From Nanobdellota archaeon (GTDB lineage Archaea > Nanobdellota > Nanobdellia > Pacearchaeales > GW2011-AR1), in the NCBI GenBank assembly GCA_038045705.1, contig JBBSXO010000003.1, positions 128,828 to 152,827 on the forward strand: a stretch of DNA of 24,000 bases, read 5' to 3'. The position numbers were made by a program, and so were the translations under genes. The notes beneath the pieces were generated by a model. It was not told where the DNA came from. It did not search any database and was given only the letters and a program-made list of their open reading frames with translations. This document shows, piece after piece, positions 22,088 through 24,000 of this stretch. Position 1 is the stretch's first letter; each line of letters opens with the position of its first letter.

Positions 22088-24000
22088 ATGGAGCTTGGAA
22101 AGAAACAAGAATTGGAACTAGAAGCAAAAAGATTCTTTGAAAGCTATAAGAAAGAAATATTTCAATCAATAAGAGGAGGAGGTCAAGTTGTAATTTTAGA
22201 ATTCGATATGTTATCTAGATTTTCTCCAATGCTTTCTGAAAAGCTCTTAGAAATTCCAGAAGAAATAACTGCACTATTAGAAATCTCATTGGATGAGACT
22301 GGTCTCATAAAAAATCCAAGAATCAGATTCAAAACACTTCCAGATTCGGTAAAAATAAAAATAAAAGAAATTCGTGCAAAACACCTAGATCAATTTATTG
22401 CAATTGAAGGAATAGTAAGACAAGCTTCAGATGTTAGACCACAAGTTGTAAACGCAAGATTCGAGTGTCCTACATGTGGTGCAATTTTATCAGTTCTTCA
22501 AATAGACAGAAAGTTTCGTGAGCCTTCAAGATGTTCCTGTGGGAGAAAAGGTCTATTCAAATTATTATCAAAAGAAATGGTTGATGCTCAGCGTCTAGTG
22601 ATTGAGGAATCTCCCGACTCACTAGATGGAGGTGAACAACCAAGAAGAATGAATGTTTTTCTGAAAGAAGACTTAGTAGATCCTAAAATGGAAGAGAGAA
22701 CAACTCCAGGAAGCAAGGTAAAAATAATTGGAGTTCTAAAAGAAGTCCCTGTTCCACTACCACAAGGCTCTATTTCAACAAGATTTGATTTAGCAATTGA
22801 AGCCAATAATGCAATCCCTTTAGAAGAAACATTCGATGATTTAGAAGTTAATGAAAAAGATGAAGAAGAGATAAGGAAAATAGCATCGGATCCAAAAGCT
22901 TTTGAAAAGTTAGCATCAAGTATAGCTCCTAGTGTATATGGTTTCAAAGAAGTGAAAGAAGCAATTCTATTACAATTATTTTCAGGAGTAAAAAAGAAGC
23001 GTTCTGACGGGGGAAATACGAGGGGAGATATTCATATTTTATTAGTAGGAGATCCAGGAGTAGCAAAATCAGTTACTTTAAAATTTGTATCAAGTATTGC
23101 TCCAAAGGGACGTTATGTTTCAGGTAAAGCTACAACTGGAGCTGGGTTGACTGCAAGTGTAATAAAAGATGAGTTTCTAAAGGGCTGGTCTTTAGAAGCA
23201 GGAGCAATGGTGTTAGCAAATAAAGGTTTAATAGCCATTGATGAAATTGAAAAAATGGACGAACATGATCGTTCAACTATGCATGAAGCGATGGAACAAC
23301 AAAGCGTAACAATATCTAAAGCTAATATTCAGGCAACATTAAGATCTGAAACATCTGTTCTAGCTGCAGGAAATCCAAAACTAGGAAGATTTGACCCAAT
23401 AATTCCAATTCCTCAACAAATTAACATTTCTCCAGCGCTTTTAAGCCGTTTTGACGTAATTTTTGTTTTGAGAGACTTGCCCAATAGAGTGCAAGATGAA
23501 GCAATCGCATCACATGTTTTAGAAGAACATAAGCAAGAAGTAGAGAGAGATGTAATTAATCCAAAAATGTTACGTAAATATATTGCATACGCTAGAAAAA
23601 AAGTAAAACCCAAGTTAACAGATGAGGCAGCCGATGAAATAAAAGAATTCTATATATCCATACGTAATAAAGCAATCACTTCAAATTCAGAAGTAAAAGC
23701 AATCCCTATTACTGCAAGACAGTTAGAAGCAATAGTAAGATTATCAGAAGCATGTGCAAAAATTAGATTAAGCAATTACGTTGCTTTAGAAGATGCAAGA
23801 AGAGCCATAGCACTCTTAAAATATTCAATGATGCAAGTAGGTTTTGACCAAGAAACCCAATCATTTGATATTGATAGAGTCACAACAGGAATACCCGCAT
23901 CAAAGAGGAATAAAATTATAGTAGTTCGAGACACAATAGCAAAGTTAGAATCAAGTCTAGGAAAACTAATACCTACAATAGAATTAGAAAAAGAAATAGG
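22088..24000 (+). CDS. mcm: MCM replicative DNA helicase, partial (runs off the right edge)
   Basis: MELGKKQELELEAKRFFESYKK...; zinc motif 'CPTCG...CSCG'; Walker A 'GDPGVAKS'; Walker B 'GLIAIDEIEKM'; 'LLSRFDVIFVL' arginine-finger motif. Not in the ORF track because no stop is reached. Confidence 0.93.
   Translation, partial: MELGKKQELELEAKRFFESYKKEIFQSIRGGGQVVILEFDMLSRFSPMLSEKLLEIPEEITALLEISLDETGLIKNPRIRFKTLPDSVKIKIKEIRAKHLDQFIAIEGIVRQASDVRPQVVNARFECPTCGAILSVLQIDRKFREPSRCSCGRKGLFKLLSKEMVDAQRLVIEESPDSLDGGEQPRRMNVFLKEDLVDPKMEERTTPGSKVKIIGVLKEVPVPLPQGSISTRFDLAIEANNAIPLEETFDDLEVNEKDEEEIRKIASDPKAFEKLASSIAPSVYGFKEVKEAILLQLFSGVKKKRSDGGNTRGDIHILLVGDPGVAKSVTLKFVSSIAPKGRYVSGKATTGAGLTASVIKDEFLKGWSLEAGAMVLANKGLIAIDEIEKMDEHDRSTMHEAMEQQSVTISKANIQATLRSETSVLAAGNPKLGRFDPIIPIPQQINISPALLSRFDVIFVLRDLPNRVQDEAIASHVLEEHKQEVERDVINPKMLRKYIAYARKKVKPKLTDEAADEIKEFYISIRNKAITSNSEVKAIPITARQLEAIVRLSEACAKIRLSNYVALEDARRAIALLKYSMMQVGFDQETQSFDIDRVTTGIPASKRNKIIVVRDTIAKLESSLGKLIPTIELEKEI

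Noticed and set aside
21974-22108. N-terminal extension of surface protein B (start at 22108)
   Set aside because: It overlaps the start of MCM and the divergent promoter; the ATG at 21973 begins a clean hydrophobic signal/TM segment.
22088-24000. Possible intein in MCM
   Set aside because: The sequence through Walker A, Walker B and the arginine-finger region is continuous with no insertion in the visible part.

Overview
This window looks like a chromosomal segment of an AT-rich, gene-dense archaeon. It carries Sec61-beta/SecG, archaeal NAC, aRF1 (NIKS and GGQ motifs), MCM, a MinD-like ATPase and a tRNA-Gly(CCC). Small proteins, a split MetRS and DPANN-style surface proteins suggest a Pacearchaeota/Woesearchaeota-like lineage, but that is inference. 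From left to right it contains: a partial hypothetical gene; a tandem Lrp/AsnC-like regulator divergent from a HemN-like radical SAM protein; tRNA-Gly; a Zot-like P-loop ATPase; split bacterial-type MetRS (catalytic plus C-terminal tRNA-binding subunit); MinD-like ATPase with a hypothetical partner; NAC; a divergent pyroglutamyl-peptidase-like protein; a zinc ribbon protein; a SecG/Sec61-beta gene missing from the ORF track; an endonuclease III lacking the Fe-S cluster motif; ValRS; a VapBC pair with an operator-like inverted repeat; aRF1; two adjacent giant membrane-anchored surface proteins (about 1291 and 1351 aa); and a partial MCM helicase. The strongest candidate for something under-described is the pair of surface proteins. 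They share a homologous C-terminal module (beta domain, Cys-rich motif, Gly/Ser spacer, DNDGDG motif, TM helix) but have different N-terminal ectodomains, one of which resembles an uncharacterised enzyme-like globular domain. No CRISPR array, rRNA or transposase was found.
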